NCBI GenBank assembly: GCA_011109175.1 | Contig: RDEW01000032.1 | Coordinates: 154,404 to 218,403, forward strand | Length of the DNA: 64,000 nucleotides | Source of the DNA: Dicyema japonicum | Taxonomy: Eukaryota > Animalia > Dicyemida | Direction of reading: 5' to 3' | In this document: in pieces, positions 13,012 through 26,755 of the stretch | Numbering within the stretch: position 1 is the stretch's first letter | Layout: every line of letters begins with the position of its first letter | Made by a program: the position numbers and the translations under genes | The notes under the pieces: generated by a model | What the model was told of the DNA's origin: nothing | The model's input: the letters and a program-made list of their open reading frames with translations, nothing else | Databases searched by the model: none

Positions 13012-13450
13012 TTAAAAACTAATTAAAAAAGGAGAAGCCAACGAGTTGTTCTGGTTGATGGGGTCTGGTATAACGGACACCATATGTCTCCTCTTTGAAT
13101 TATTGACCCTTGCATCCAACAAGAATAATTTTTTCAAGTGGTGCAATATTTCCTTAATGGATCTTGCACCTCTCTCATCACTAGGCGGTAATTTAGACTT
13201 TAAATCAAGTCCAAATGCCAGTTTAATAGCATATCTCCTCAATTTATCGAGAAGCTCTACAAGAGTATTCTCTCGTCACTTTCAAACCATCCTTGGAAGC
13301 CATAAACCAAGAATGGTTCTATACAAGCTGTATACACATAAAGACAAAAGTTTCCGGACTCAATGAAACGATTGCATTTAAGATTTAGTATATTGTCTAT
13401 AAAAAGTTCACAATACTCAGAAGATTAGAATATATTTTCAAGATGAGACA
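13012..13450 (-). mobile_element. Probable LINE RT 3' fragment
   Basis: LDKLRRYAIKLAFGL resembles post-RT LINE segments; heavily degenerate. Confidence 0.35.
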
Positions 13451-14479
13451 ACAGTTTCTCTGAGTTAAAGCCGCTATTTCGTAAACTCAATATAAAAAAA
13501 CCAACAATATCCTAATTTTTCGTCGATGATATTTTTTAGACTTAACAATTTGTGTTAATGACATGAGTGATAAAATATGATGGCTGAATTTGCTAAAATC
13601 TGAAAAAACCAAGTTAAAACTGTTTGACTACTTTCCAGTACACTTAATGTTTTAAAAATGCTCCAAAATTCAAAAATATAAAAAAACTGTTGACGTGACT
13701 AAACAAATTTTTCTAATATGATAATAAACTGAAATAATAATCAGAAATATTTCAAATCTACTTGTTTTAGTGGAATGAAGTTTTCTAATCACTAATCAAA
13801 TTATTTCACAATTTGTCTGGCTTTTATTCACTAAAATGAAAATTTAGTAGAGAATCTTAGTAATTCTCGTTTGGGTTAGTTTTATTATTGATTCTAGTCA
13901 TACGTTATTTATCGATTAGATTTCTCCACTGATTCACATTGGTTTACTTGAAAATTATACATTTTACGGTTTGGGCAATAAATTGATTTCAACCTAATCG
14001 GATGATCAATTTCCGGGGATTTTCGAAAATAAGCCCATGTCTAAAAAATCAACGCAAAAAAATAATCAAAAACAAAAAAACGTTTAAAAATTTATTAAAT
14101 CAATATTATCAATATCATTGATGATTATTCATCAAAAATACCGTCATATTCATTCTCTAATTCAACATGTGCCACATTCCCTTTTTATATTTTTCTGTAG
14201 CCTTGAGTGCAAAAATCAAGAGGAACTTTTTTGCCTCTTGGTGCATTTTCTCAACAAAAAGAATTTGACTGCTCGAAAGTAATTAGAACACATGTCAGAT
14301 CCACTAAAGTAACTGTTTCAATTATTTTGAATATCCATTGAATTGACAAGCAGAATTCACCTTTCTTATATTTATGGTTTTACATTAAAAAACAAATTAG
14401 GCATTTTTTTAAATTATAAAACTTGATTAACTCAAAGAAGCCATAATCTAAGTAGCTTTTCAAGGTTTCAGTCTAGTCA

Positions 14480-17290
14480 CGTAATCTATTTTGAAAACTT
14501 GATACAATGAATTGTGTTTATTTATTTAAATCCCCGGATCATCGAGAAAGAAAGACAGAAAAACGTCAGACAGTTAGGTAATCCAATTCCCGCAATCAAA
14601 CTAACCATCAAATGTCTGTCGTCTCACATAGTTCCCACTACCGTGCGAAAGAGCATTCTCTCATCCTGCAGAGGAATCCCATTAGGGGCGGGGAACTTCC
14701 TAACTAATCGACCTACTTTTGCCTTGAAAAAGGACAGGCTAAGCGGGTTTCCGTCCTCCTTACAGACCTGAAGGAATCCGGTTCCGCAACTACGGGTCGC
14801 AGCTTCCGTGAGCAGTGAGTTAATCGTTGATCCAGAGTGAGGGTCCATCATAGATATAGTTTTCCGGTATATTAAATTGATTCTGTTGAGCGTAATCTCT
14901 GATAACGCGAATCTCCATGCAACAGAGGCATACTCCACAGCCGGCGCAATGCAATGGTTTGCCGGTAGAGTTTTCCAACAGAAGCGTCCAAATTTAAAGG
15001 AGTCTTCCGGACAAGCGCGTATAGCATTCAACTTCTGCAGTCCTTTAGTGAGGACTATCTTCGCATGTGAGTTGACGCCTGTGGAACATTAGCCCAAGAA
15101 TTAAAGGAGACCTTGTCACCAGTATCTGAAGAGGATCAGAGGATCAATAAAAATTCTTGGATCTTTTTATGAACAACAGTCTGAAGTGAAAAGTGCACAT
15201 ATTGATTTTTCTGCAGAAATAATTAGTCGGTTAGCAGTCAGCCAATCATAGACATTGCTCACTCCTGCCTAAGCATTTGTGGTTGCGACTTGAGACGATC
15301 GGTTGCGTGTAGCAAATATTAAGTCGTCTGCATAGGATAAAATCAAAAAATTTTCGTCCTCGTAATTTAGTAGGTCGTGGAGGATAAGATTTAAAAGGGT
15401 CTGAGAACTGAGAACCTTGTGGTATTCCGTTAGGTAGTAGTCGTGATTTCGATCTAAGTTGCCCACAGACGACTCCCCCACGTCGTCCAGATAGAAATTG
15501 GCCAACCAAAGCTTTCGGTTTGGACAAATCTTCGAATCAAAAATCTTCTCAATTAGAAGCTTCCTTAGGACTGTGTCGAAAGCCTTGTTTATATCAATTG
15601 ATACCAATATAGTTCGCATGTGTGGTGGGGTGGCATTAAATCCATCGGCTATGAATTGGGATAGTGTGGTTAAATGGGTGGTGGACCTTCCAGGACGAAA
15701 CCATGTTGAAAAGCCGGAGCTTTTCAAGAAGTTTTGATAATGTGCTGGTTAGGTTGATTGCCATGTATGAGGCAGGTTATCTTTCCGGATTTCCATCCTT
15801 CAAAACTGGTTTAATAACAGTTCTTCCAAATCTTGGGAATACTATTGTAGTTAATAGACAGTTTAAATACTTGCGTGGGGTAGCAAATTGCGTATTTGAC
15901 TAAGTGTTTTAGGTGAATTGAAGATACTTTGTCAGGGGTGTAGACCCGTGAGTTCATTAATCCGGCTATTATCTCTAAGACTTGTTTGTCTGAAAATAAT
16001 TTTTGGTAAGGTTATTTTTTGGTTTACAAGCACTTACATTGATATCCAGTTGTTTAGAGAATTTCTTGAAACTGATCGCAGCGTAATATTTCATAATTAG
16101 GTTGGGTGTATATTACAATGTGTTCTGGAGAAGGGTTACCGGTTCCATTTGCATCTTCCAACTTTGATTTAATTTGTTTTAGTGTTTTCCAAAATTGATG
16201 GAATGAACTTTTCCCATTGAGGTGATTGACAAAGTGTCCCCATCTCTAATCCTGGTGTATTTTATGCTCTGGTTGATACTTTTATTTAGTTGTCTGATGG
16301 ATTTCAACTCCGTCAGATGGCATCTTTCCATTTGGTTTCTCCGTTTAATGAGTGTAAGTGTCCGGGAAGTGAGGGTGTCAGCCTTTTGAATGACTTCGAA
16401 CTTCATATGGATGATATTGTTTTGACCAATTCCAGGTCAACGAAGCCAGTCGACCTTCTAATAATTCTCGAAATTTAACTCGGCTGCAATGTCAGGCGTC
16501 TCCGAAATCTTCTTAACATATGAGAGGTGGGATTATGGTCGCTAGAAAAACCATAATTCACATCCCATGTAGTAATTTTTGCAAAAAAGGAAAAACATAA
16601 GGTTATATCAGAAGTGCAGCTATCAGTGGTCCGTAAAAGGGATCTTGTGTGTAATTTAAGGTCATTCAGGATAATCATATAACAGAGGACTGTGAAGTAA
16701 GCCAAACGGGGTGTCCAGCATATAGGTCGCCGCATATTAGTACGTTCTTTAGTACTGAGAGGCGGGGAATATATGGGGTGTAAGATTTTTGAGCAGGATC
16801 CTTGTGGTGGAATACATAGGTTAATCAAATTGATCCAAAAAGACGGGTACAGTTCCATTTTAATGGTGATCTACTACATGATATCATCTGAGTCCAAAAG
16901 TTCTGAGGTCTATCGACTTACGTCAATGAAAGGTATATCGATCTTTATAATTGTGAGTAATACTCTACTTGGTCTTCCTTGACGATCCTTACGGATAACC
17001 ATGTATCCCGGGAAGGAAGGTGTTATGGTGGAATAATAGAGCAAGGTCAGCTCGATTTGCAGGGAGCTCTAAGTTCCAGAATCTTCCTTCTAATTTCAAT
17101 TGTATTTACTTGTAGAATTATTAAGTCTCCACGTGGACTAGGGTTTGTTTAAATGTCGCCACATAGCAGGATCAATATGCAGAACAGTGATGACACAAGA
17201 CGAAGGAGGAGACACATAGTTACGGGAACCCTCAAGTGGTGGGAAAAAAGTTAATGGCTCTTTTCGTTCATTTCCGGAATGGGTGACACT
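14480..17290 (-). mobile_element. Degenerate Jockey/I-group LINE (APE plus RT)
   Basis: SDHNP (APE), RTILVSIDINKAFDTV, GIPQGS, ILSYADDL and APAVEYASVAW across frameshifted ORFs. Confidence 0.85.
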
Positions 17291-17524
17291 TTTTCGGGTG
17301 AGCCACAAGACACCACGTTAAGCAAATTTTACTTATTCCTAAAATATTAATGAGTTCAATATTATTTAATTTCTTTTTAATAATAATTTTATATTTTTGT
17401 TTTAAAAATTTAATTTTAATCTTAGATGCTGGGTTATTGAAAACGTATTTCCTAAAAAACCGTTAGGGGAAATGCGTTTTCAATTCTGAATGCAGCCAGC
17501 CTTGACTAAATGAACTTTTAGTAG

Positions 17525-17809
17525 TATTTATAGCTCCGCATAGGCAGAACACACACTTTATTTAAGTAAAGAACAGTTAATTTTAACTAATCGTAGAACT
17601 GAGGAATGCTCTTCACTTCTTTTTTTTCTTTTTCTTGTGTGAATGTCCTTTCTAGACAATCCAGTTCCGCAGTGAGTATCCACTGATGATGGCGTCACTC
17701 GTCAAACCTTTTCTGCATCGTAGATTCATGGAACCTTCCACCAGGCAACCTAAATCACCCGTAACCTAAGTCACTTAAGCCTTGACACCTAACCACTATG
17801 CCACCCGGC
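17525..17809 (-). mobile_element. tRNA-derived SINE copy 2
   Basis: The reverse complement begins GCCGGGTGGCATAGTGGTTAGG; body and tail match the other copies. Confidence 0.85.
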
Positions 17810-17899
17810 TTTGTTGCTGATGGTAGTCAATTAAATATTTAAGTAACATTGTAGTAGTTTAAACTACTTTAGTACAATTTCTATGTAATTCTAAATTGA

Positions 17900-18145
17900 A
17901 CAGAAGCATTACATTTGCGAGATTCTCGGATGCAACCTGCAGCGTTAGCGCAGGACGACGTCAACCAATCTGGAAAAAATTGAAAGATCCACTAACTCCT
18001 CATACGTTATTTAATTATCGTATATGGTGGTTCACACATTTACTCTGTTCTTATCTCAATCAGCTACGATTTATGTTAGAAAGATCTCCCTCCAATATCT
18101 TGGTGGTCAGGGCTATTTGAGTTAATATCGCTCGCCATCCTGAGT
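17900..18145 (+). mobile_element. Old CRE 3' remnant
   Basis: ggctatttgag..tcgctcgc matches the CRE C-terminal coding sequence. Confidence 0.45.
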
Positions 18146-18199
18146 TTAAAAATCAAAAATATTAATGATTAAGTAAATTTAATATTCAACAATCTGACT

Positions 18200-18620
18200 A
18201 TGCTGCTTGACAAGTCAAAATCACGATTTCAGTCCATTTACTACTATTTTTACTGCTATGGCAATGTATGAGTAATTACATTCTGGTTAATCGTGCTTAC
18301 AGAATAGAGGATATCCCCAAGACTGTGTTTATATTCCACGAACATTTTCTCGAGTGTTTTCAACGCTACTGTCTGAATATATGATTGAACATTTTCTTTG
18401 AGCTGAAGGAGCACCATATTATTTAAAAAATGTAGATTCTATCCTGGGTAAGAATAATCGGCATGATCTTGTAATTATTTTTAATTCACCCACGTGCATG
18501 CTACATTTATCGTGTTTTTCTACTTCGACATATTTTAGATCAAAAAAAGGAGATCTGCTACAAGTCAACATATAATTACGACGATCACTCATCTTTTGTG
18601 AAATTCTATGGATGCTCATG
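18200..18620 (-). mobile_element. R4/Dong-like 3' fragment shared by the duplicated units
   Basis: DLKYVEVEKH, IMPIILTQD and SYIQTVALKTLE resemble REL C-terminal motifs; homologous copy at 24560-24950. Confidence 0.6.
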
Positions 18621-18884
18621 CACCTAAATATTAGCAGAACAAAATAATTGAACTTCGAAATTTAAAAAAATATGAGATAGACGTATTTCCTCTACAAAAG
18701 AAAGGGAATTACAATCCCAACAATTAATACACAGAGTATACAAACATCGAGATAGATCAGCACCATGCTGCAGATTGAGAATAATTCTTAACAATCTACT
18801 AAATTACTTGAATCCTTAACGATTATCCTTTTTTTCAAAACAATCAGTTTTTTATTTAAATACCTAAAATTTAAACAATAGAAG

Positions 18885-19145
18885 TCAGGTAGTTGCCGCC
18901 CTCACTGCGTGGCTGTTTCCTCTCAAAATTGCGAGCGAAATTCGCTCAAATAGCCAGCGGCGTTCACGGAGATCTCCAGTGCATGAGGTGATCCGGTTTC
19001 CAAGACGTCCGAAAAACTCGAGTTTAGAGGGGGAGTAGGATCCGGAAGTCTCCATAGCAAGGGGAACAAATTTGACATCATCGGGAAGGTCGACGTATTT
19101 AATGAGTTTGGCTTTCTCCGCCCGGATTATTGTAGCACTCTCTTG
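18885..19145 (-). mobile_element. CRE 3' fragment, nearly identical to the 7.6-kb copy
   Basis: Close nucleotide identity to 7623-7860. Confidence 0.85.
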
Positions 19146-19364
19146 ACGATTATCTTTATCATGGAAAAACCTTAGTAAATTCGTTTACATATGAGAACAA
19201 CTATATCACAAATCATTTGTCATGAATCATAAAAATTATTTAAAAAAACTCAATTAAATATGGATGATTAAATTGTTTAATGATTTTTCGAATTAATTTT
19301 GAGTAATTAACATTATTGTCTAAAAGCCATTATAGATATGTCACAGAGCTAGAGCTTAAGAAAA

Positions 19365-19810
19365 TGGATATATTTTATCGAAACAATCACGCAATTTAAT
19401 GGGCCTAGGTTGGCCCAAGAAGATTTCAAATAAGAAATTATACTCCGTGGCACAATCGAGGCCAATAAGCATCGACATTATTGAATCAAGATGGAGACTG
19501 TTTGGGCACGTGCTTAGAATGGAAATAAACTCTCCTGCAAATATAATAATGGACAATTACTTTAACAATGAGAACAACCCATCGTTCAGAAAAAGACCCA
19601 GAGTCACTCTACCCGTGGCTCTGATCAAGGATCTTAATGGAATTGGAAGAAAACTTAAATCCGCAGAAAACTTAGATCTACGGGCAGATGCGCAAAGCAG
19701 AGGGTGATGGAGACTCCTAGTGAAGCAAATCTCGAAACGTGTGGCACAAACGGGACCTTAGTTAATATATCCTACTTTGGTTCTGTGAAAGTGCTTTTAA
19801 TAATAATAAC
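19365..19810 (+). mobile_element. RTE-like LINE 3' fragment
   Basis: KISNKKLY...SRWRLFGHVLRM...RPRVTLP; ends gtgaaagtgc plus an (AAT)n tail. Confidence 0.85.
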
Positions 19811-20573
19811 TAAAGGTATGTTCCACCGACTCTCTTCAGTGACCAACTATTCGGATGCTGAGTCGGCAAACTGCACCAATAATCGATCCCAAACATATGG
19901 AAGCTACAACCCATAGATGTATGAGATATTGATTGATACGAGTCCATGTTATTATGTATATGCTACTTCAGATTGTATCAATTGCATAATGAGTATTTAA
20001 GACACTTGGAAGTAGATAGAATAATCCAATCATGTATCTAAAAAAACCTCTGTTTATGAGAACACTCATGAACATGACCTATGACGCTTTCCTTGCGAAT
20101 CCTTTTATGCAGAATGTAAGAGGATGATAGTAAAGAATAGGACGAACTCAAAAGAAACATAAAAAAATTGTTACTCTAGATAATCTAATTTTATTATTAT
20201 AACGACTATAAACACTGTCATATGAACAAAATGTCTAATATACTAACTAAGTACATACACGTGCCACACACATGATTATCATTCCACTAGGTTTTTCCAG
20301 CATTGACGGTTGCAGGCCGATTCTTCGACTCTATCGATCTAATATAGAGTTTTTACCCACTTTTTATAATAAAAGTTTCTTTCTATGTTTAATAAATTTC
20401 AAAATACTAAAGTGCTATTAAAACATCTAAAAGACAAGCATAACATTAGAATTAACCAAAAATTTTAATGTAATCAAATTTCCCAAAGTCATATTACACG
20501 CTTCAAAAATAATTGCTGAATATTTTTCCTTATGAACGAATTTTTAAACGATTTTTGCAATTTTGGAAAGAAA

Positions 20574-21382
20574 ATGAATTTTCTATTTTACTCATTATTT
20601 TTTTTCTTTCATAGGTAATCTATTTTGATACAATTTTAGATAACCGGGAATATTTAAGAAAATTAGAGGTTGCAACTGTTATTGATGATGGATTTGTTTT
20701 TATTTTATATTTTTACATATAGCAAAAAGGTTTCTACTATAATGAGGACCAAATGAAAGAGTACGTAAATAAATGGTTCAAATTGTCTCAAAGAGTAAAC
20801 AATTGATAATAATTAGTATTTTAACGCAATAGAAGTAGAATTAAAACTTAAAATAATATACTTTAATAAAGAAACTATATAAAGTAATCCTTATACAACT
20901 TCTATACATTCTATGTCTATCGGTTATTTTCGTGGAGTAGACGCAGTTTTATTTTTTACGTAATTATTGAAGCTAATACCAAGAGAGTCATATGTTCAGT
21001 ACGCAGGAATCGCATTGCTAGAAACTGTTTGCTCAACTCGAGCAGTGGCAATTGTTTTGCAAAAACACAAAGATGAAATGACATCAGAAGTTATGTCTCA
21101 TGAGTTATTCCATGTACTTGGATTTAAACACTTCAAGGCTACTGAAAGTAATTGCATTAAAAATTGTTTAATGAATGCTCGTGTTATTCCCAATGCGTAT
21201 AAAATTATCTAATTTTGAGACACGTGTCAGATTTATCAGTCGCCACTGTACCTGGACTAGAAAACAAATGGAGGTGCCTTAGTAAAACCAATAATGAATC
21301 AAATGCAGCTAAATTCTGGATTTACACCTTTTTTCTTTTCCTGGAACAAAATATATAAATTATAATTTAAGGTCTTAACTAG
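20574..21382 (+). pseudogene. Reprolysin/M12B-like metzincin, copy A (disrupted)
   Basis: HELFHVLGFKH zinc motif and CLMN Met-turn; same exon layout as copy B. Lesions: +1 in a poly-T run of exon 1, in-exon TAA at about 20879, and the last donor reads GA instead of GT. Confidence 0.75.
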
Positions 21383-22749
21383 ATTACTTATCTTACACTT
21401 ATTAATCAAAATTATTAATTATCTAATAATAATTTTTGGTTAATCACACATAATATTATGTCACAATCCAATGGTGTACCAGTGCCATGATGAACCTTGT
21501 TCGATTTTTTTCAAAAACTTATAATTAATAAATGAAACTTTTTTTTAAAAATATCTTCGTCCTCTCGGTGTTTTTAATATTCCCAAAAGACACCTTCAAA
21601 AATAGAATATATTTTTTTAATACAAAAAACCACGGCAACACCAAACTAAGTAATCCCAGCACGCTCTAGAAGAGACCTCAACTTCCCCAAAGTTCCTTTT
21701 TTAACTCCATACAAGCACGTATCGCCGAATAACTGTATCTTCGTAGTCACAATGGTATGTTCCTATGTTCTTACGTATTAAGGATTCCAGAAGCATTAGA
21801 GACTGAGGCTATCCAGATGTACATCGTTCCGTAATTTTAGATGCTCTTTTTTGGTCAGTTTCTATATTCAAAACATTTGTCAAAGAAGTGCATCTCTCAA
21901 TGTATTTGTAGTATATAGAATTCAAAATAGGATGATTTCCAATCTTCCATAAGTGAGGTTAAATAAGTGACTCTTTGTACATGGAAGTACACCTATTCGG
22001 GTAAAGATATTGCAGTAGTTTGTCAGTAAGTGACGCTAAGTTTCCAGTCTACACGTTTCTAGTTGAATTTCTCTGGAAACCTTCTCCCAGTTTAGGTTTC
22101 TCTTTCGATCTCGATAATAATAGCAGTTTACATTTTATTCTCAAAATTGGTAGAAGCCGAGGATCACCATTGGCAAAGGCACACCATTTAACCGTGACAT
22201 ATTATGTACATGTAACGTATTTCAGAGTGAGTATAGAATCAGCTAGGCCACTATATAGCCGAATTGTCGAAGAGGATGAAGACTACTGATTTACTCAATG
22301 TAATGCAGTTTATTCCACTCGCTGAGGTGACACTCGGTACCTATAGTTCCCCTGAAAGTGTAATTTAAGAATTGTCTGCGTCAAATTTTTGCGCGTTTTT
22401 TAAATCTTCGTGAATTCACGGAATAATTTAAAATAAATCAAAGATAACAACTTAGCTTTAGTTTCATGTAAAGTTTATTATTTAACAGCACAATAAAAAA
22501 ATAGAAAAATATAAATATTCATTAAATATTCGACTAGTTAAACTACATGTTAATTAGAATTCTTTTGCAAGTTAGAGCGTGTCATGTCTTTCGCCGTTCC
22601 TGGTGGCGCCCCAACTGTGGATTTAGTCGCACAGTAAAAATAATCATTTTCTTACACCAATTCAAAAGAAAATCATCCTTGGACAGCTCTCTCAGTTAGA
22701 ACAGGTTAATTAGCAACAAGGTAATGAGTCAATAGCAAAGAATCATATA

Positions 22750-23600
22750 AGCATGTGTTTCTCACCAAGGGGCGATTTTTATGCCAGGTGGCGATTTTTT
22801 AATTACTGATTTTTTAATTTGATATATTTAAAATTGGCATAGTGGTTAGGTGTCGGGCTAAAGTGGCTTAGGTCACGAGTTCGATTCTCGCTGCTGTTGA
22901 CCTGATGGAAGGCTCCACGCATATACGATGCGAAAAGGACTTGAAGAGTGACGCCGTCATCAGTGGGGATTCACTGCGAAACTGGATAGTCAAAAGGACA
23001 TAAACACAAGAAAAAAAAGAAGTGAAGAGCATTCCTTGGTTCTCCTTTTACGATTAGTTATAATAACTGTTCTTTACTTAAATAAAGTGTGTGTGCTGCA
23101 CGAGCGAAACCCTAGGCATCTTACGTGCTTATGACAACGCGGATGTGCTTAATTATTAATATTATTATTATTAAATTTAAAATTAAATTTATTTTAAATA
23201 ATTAAAAAAAAGCGTGCAAAGCTGTTAAACAAATAAGAGAATATAATTAGAATTGATTATTTAATTGTTTTATTCAAAATCCAAAGGATCCACTTATCCT
23301 TTGTGTTTACAATGTGGTGTGGATTTTTCTAAGAAAACGATGAAGCCATCTCGGTATTAGAACACGCAAAACGCATGCATCCTCAAATATACTGATTTTT
23401 TAGAAATCTAAAGCAATACTATAAGAAAAGGATAAAATTAACTTCATTAATAGATACTTACAAGACCTCAAGCTAATCAGGCTTGTATATTTATGTACAA
23501 CTGCAAAAAGTCAATTTTCCATATTGCTAAAAATAGACGTGACGAGATGTCTTAAGATCTGAACATTCATTATTATAATTTCACAAAAACAAAATTTTCA
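22750..23600 (+). mobile_element. hAT (Charlie/Buster-like) remnant interrupted by a SINE
   Basis: Terminus-like tgtttctcaccaaggggcgatttt; PLCLQCGVDFSKKTMKPSR zinc-finger segment and RRDEMS at 23290-23560. Confidence 0.55.
22835..23170 (+). mobile_element. tRNA-derived SINE copy 3
   Basis: A box TGGCATAGTGG, B box GAGTTCGATTC, conserved body, ATT-repeat tail. Confidence 0.85.
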
Positions 23601-23729
23601 GTATAACTTGATGAATGTGTTGGATTTGATAATCGGTCTATTTAATAGCATTTTTAATACAACATTTTAAAAAATAATTATTATTATTATAAGCAACATT
23701 CGTAAAATCAAATATATAGTTCTAACTTC

Positions 23730-24530
23730 ACTCGTGCAGCATTCAAAACAATCTTCTGAACCAACTTCTTTCAACCTCCTCGATCGTAAGAGTTTTCTTC
23801 AGCCTGTCCAGTTCGTCCCCACCTCTTAGACGTTTGTACACGAGCTTTAGATTTCCATCAAATGTTTCTAGAAGTGTAATACGCCGGCGTCCATGAAAAC
23901 ACTCTCTCTCTTTCATAAAGTAATCCTACACTGATTTATTTGCTGAAGCACCCAAGTCCATATGCAAGAAAATTAATATAACATTTGAATAATGTGGTTT
24001 TCACATTTATTGGGTTCTTATCTCTATTTGATGCGATTTCAATTTACCAAAAATAGTTTAAATACCAAAAATGTTAATTATTATCAGCACTGCCGAGAAC
24101 ACATAAAAAAAACAAAAGTCAATTAAGGTTCCCTTGTGCCGCGCCGGCCACCCTTTGCACCAATCGCATTCAAAGGCCTCTCCGTTTCGCAAGATCTCTT
24201 AGTTCATCGAGGTCATCCATTGTTTTCAACTCCCTGCCTATGGCTTTTAGGTCCTCATTTAGCGTGATAGGTGAGGTTGTTCTAGGCCTTCCTCGAAATG
24301 ATTTTGTTTTTTCCATGAAATATTCATCTATTACGTGATCTGCCGAGACATCCAGGTCCATCCTCAGAATGTGACCTAACAGTCTCCATCTCGATCTTCT
24401 GATTTCCATGGATAATGGTTCTGTTTTGCTCAACTTATATAATTGTTCGTTTTTGATCTTCATTTTGTAGTGAATATTAAGTGCCTTCCGAAGCATACTG
24501 CGGTCGAAACTTTCGATAGACTCCATTGCA
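23730..24530 (-). mobile_element. Two RTE-like LINE 3' fragments
   Basis: ORF 24170-24526 has SRWRLLGHILRM...FRGRPRTT; a second, more decayed copy lies at about 23730-24000. Confidence 0.8.
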
Positions 24531-24559
24531 AAAATGTTAATAGTTAATTAAATTTATTA

Positions 24560-24950
24560 TTCAACAATCTTACTCACGCTTAACAAGTCAAATTCTCGAT
24601 TTTAGTCCATTTATTACTATTTTTACTGCTACAGATTTAATTGTGGTCTATACAAACCTCTCTATCAATTTACATAACCGAAAGTGAGTTATTATAGTAA
24701 TGCTGCTCATGGTCACAGAATTGAGGATATTCCTAAAACTGTGTTTATATCCCACGAACATGATCTCGAGTGCTTTTTTATCGCTACTGTCAGAATATAT
24801 GATTAACATTTTCTTTGATCTGAAAGACCTCCATATTTAAAAAATGTAGATCCTATCAAGGGTAAGAACAATCGGCATGATTTCTGAATTATTTTTCAAA
24901 TCACCTTTGTGCAATTATGTTGTTTTTCTACTTCGACATATTTTAGATTG
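24560..24950 (-). mobile_element. R4/Dong-like 3' fragment (paralogue of 18200-18620)
   Basis: IMPIVLTLD and KALEIMFVGYKHS; the flank is shared with the 18.2-kb copy. Confidence 0.6.
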
Positions 24951-25249
24951 TCAGCTAGAATAAGTCTAAGTTCAATAAATAATTGTTTTTTTTTCTTAGA
25001 GTGATATATCATTCATGTACACATTTGAGATTTTCGTATCGACACATAGTTTGACATAACTATTGAAAATGATACTCTTAGTGGAATGAGTTTTTTATAG
25101 ATTATATTTCATTGAATGTAGGAGATATAACCCATGGATGGATGCTATTTAGCATCAATACAAAGTCAATGTAATTCTCTTCGTACTGAGTTCAGATTGT
25201 ATCTTCTAAATTGCACAAAGTATGTGAGGCACTTAAAGTGTATAGAAAA

Positions 25250-26310
25250 ATCCAAGCAAGTATTTAAGAGTACAGTTAAGAACGTTTTTTAGACGCACTT
25301 CTTGCAAAACCTCTCTGACAGTGCAAGAAGATAATAGTAGACTGTTGGACAAGATCACATGCATCCACCCAAACATAAAACTATGGATTGCCAACTTCTT
25401 AAGTGGGAGACGTGGACAACTGATTTGCAATAACATAAAGTCAAAATCCTGTCTCATACCAAATGGAGTCTTTCAAGGATTTCCACTATCGCCATCCCTT
25501 TTTAATCTTTACATAAACGACATGCCACAAACCTGTAATGAAAACTGCCTAATCCTCTCCCATGCCGACGATATTATTCTTGCCTCCAAGGACAGAAGCA
25601 TTCAATCAGCGACTCGGTCCGCTCAACAAATGCTTGAGAAGCTGGAACTATGGCTCTCGAAGCGGAGACTAGACGCATCAACAACAAAGTCCTCTGTCAC
25701 GCTCTTTACCACTCACAAAAGACATCTCTGAGTCGAACCACAAATCTTTATGAAGAACGAGGCTATTCATATTAACAAAACACCGAAGATTCTGGAAGTC
25801 ACCTTTGATCAGGGACATTTATCCGACATGTTGGGAACATAATAATTTCTGCTCTGAGCAAAATGAGAATTTTAAAAGTGCTCTCGAAAACACTTAGAGA
25901 CCAAACTGGTGGCCTTGTCACGATTTATGAACAATTTATCCGACCCACGATGACGTATGTATTTCCTTCATGGGCAATGTAGATTTCAAGATCCTCCTCA
26001 TTGAAACTATCCCCAATCGAGGAGACCGCAATAAGGATATTGGACCAGACACAAAATCCAGCCCAAATCTCTTAGTCGAATTACAACGGAAACTCTTAAA
26101 GGAGGCTAGTTTATCGAGCTGCCCTCTATTCCGTACACTATCGAAATATCTACAATCATACAGATATTTTGAGCCAATGTCATGTCCAATGAGAAAAGCT
26201 GTTCACAATTCTCGACCCCACCGACTCGTCCTCTCCCTTGTCGGTCTGGATCATAGTTAGTTGAGAACCTTTTATTTCTTTTCTTTAACCCAGTCATCCT
26301 AGAGGTAATA
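25250..26310 (+). mobile_element. Jockey/I-group LINE RT fragment
   Basis: IANFLSGRRG...GVFQGFPLSPSLFNLYINDMP...SHADD, then TPKILEVTFD; same family as the 14.5-17.3 kb element. Confidence 0.85.
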
Positions 26311-26755
26311 ATAATGGATAAAATCATTGTTAGAGGGATGAAAAGACGTATGAAAAATTAGTTAGTCAAGAATAGTCTAACTATTAATATTTTTAACACT
26401 GTCATTGCCACAAAATGTCAAATATTCCAATTAAATTCCCACATGCGCAGCTTGACTATCTTTTCCAATACGTTGTTCAACAATCCTCAAGTTTCAGGAC
26501 GATAATCCTAAGTATATCGATATCAACAGTTTTTAGTCGTTTCGCTCATAAATGTTTTTATTTATAATCATTTTCTACGTTTAATAAATTTCAAAATAAT
26601 AATGTGATATTAAAACATCTAAAAATAAGAAATAACAAAAATTAAGCAAGAATTTTAATGGAATTTAATCAGACAAAACAAATTACACGCTTCAAAAAAA
26701 TCTGAATAATTTTTCGTTAAAACAAATTTTAAACGATTTTTGCAATTTTGAAAAA

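Noticed and set aside
21640-22210. Second gene in the duplicated unit (paralogue at 27830-28340)
   Set aside because: Stops and frameshifts occur in all frames of both copies and no tiny-intron model rescues them; probably TE debris.
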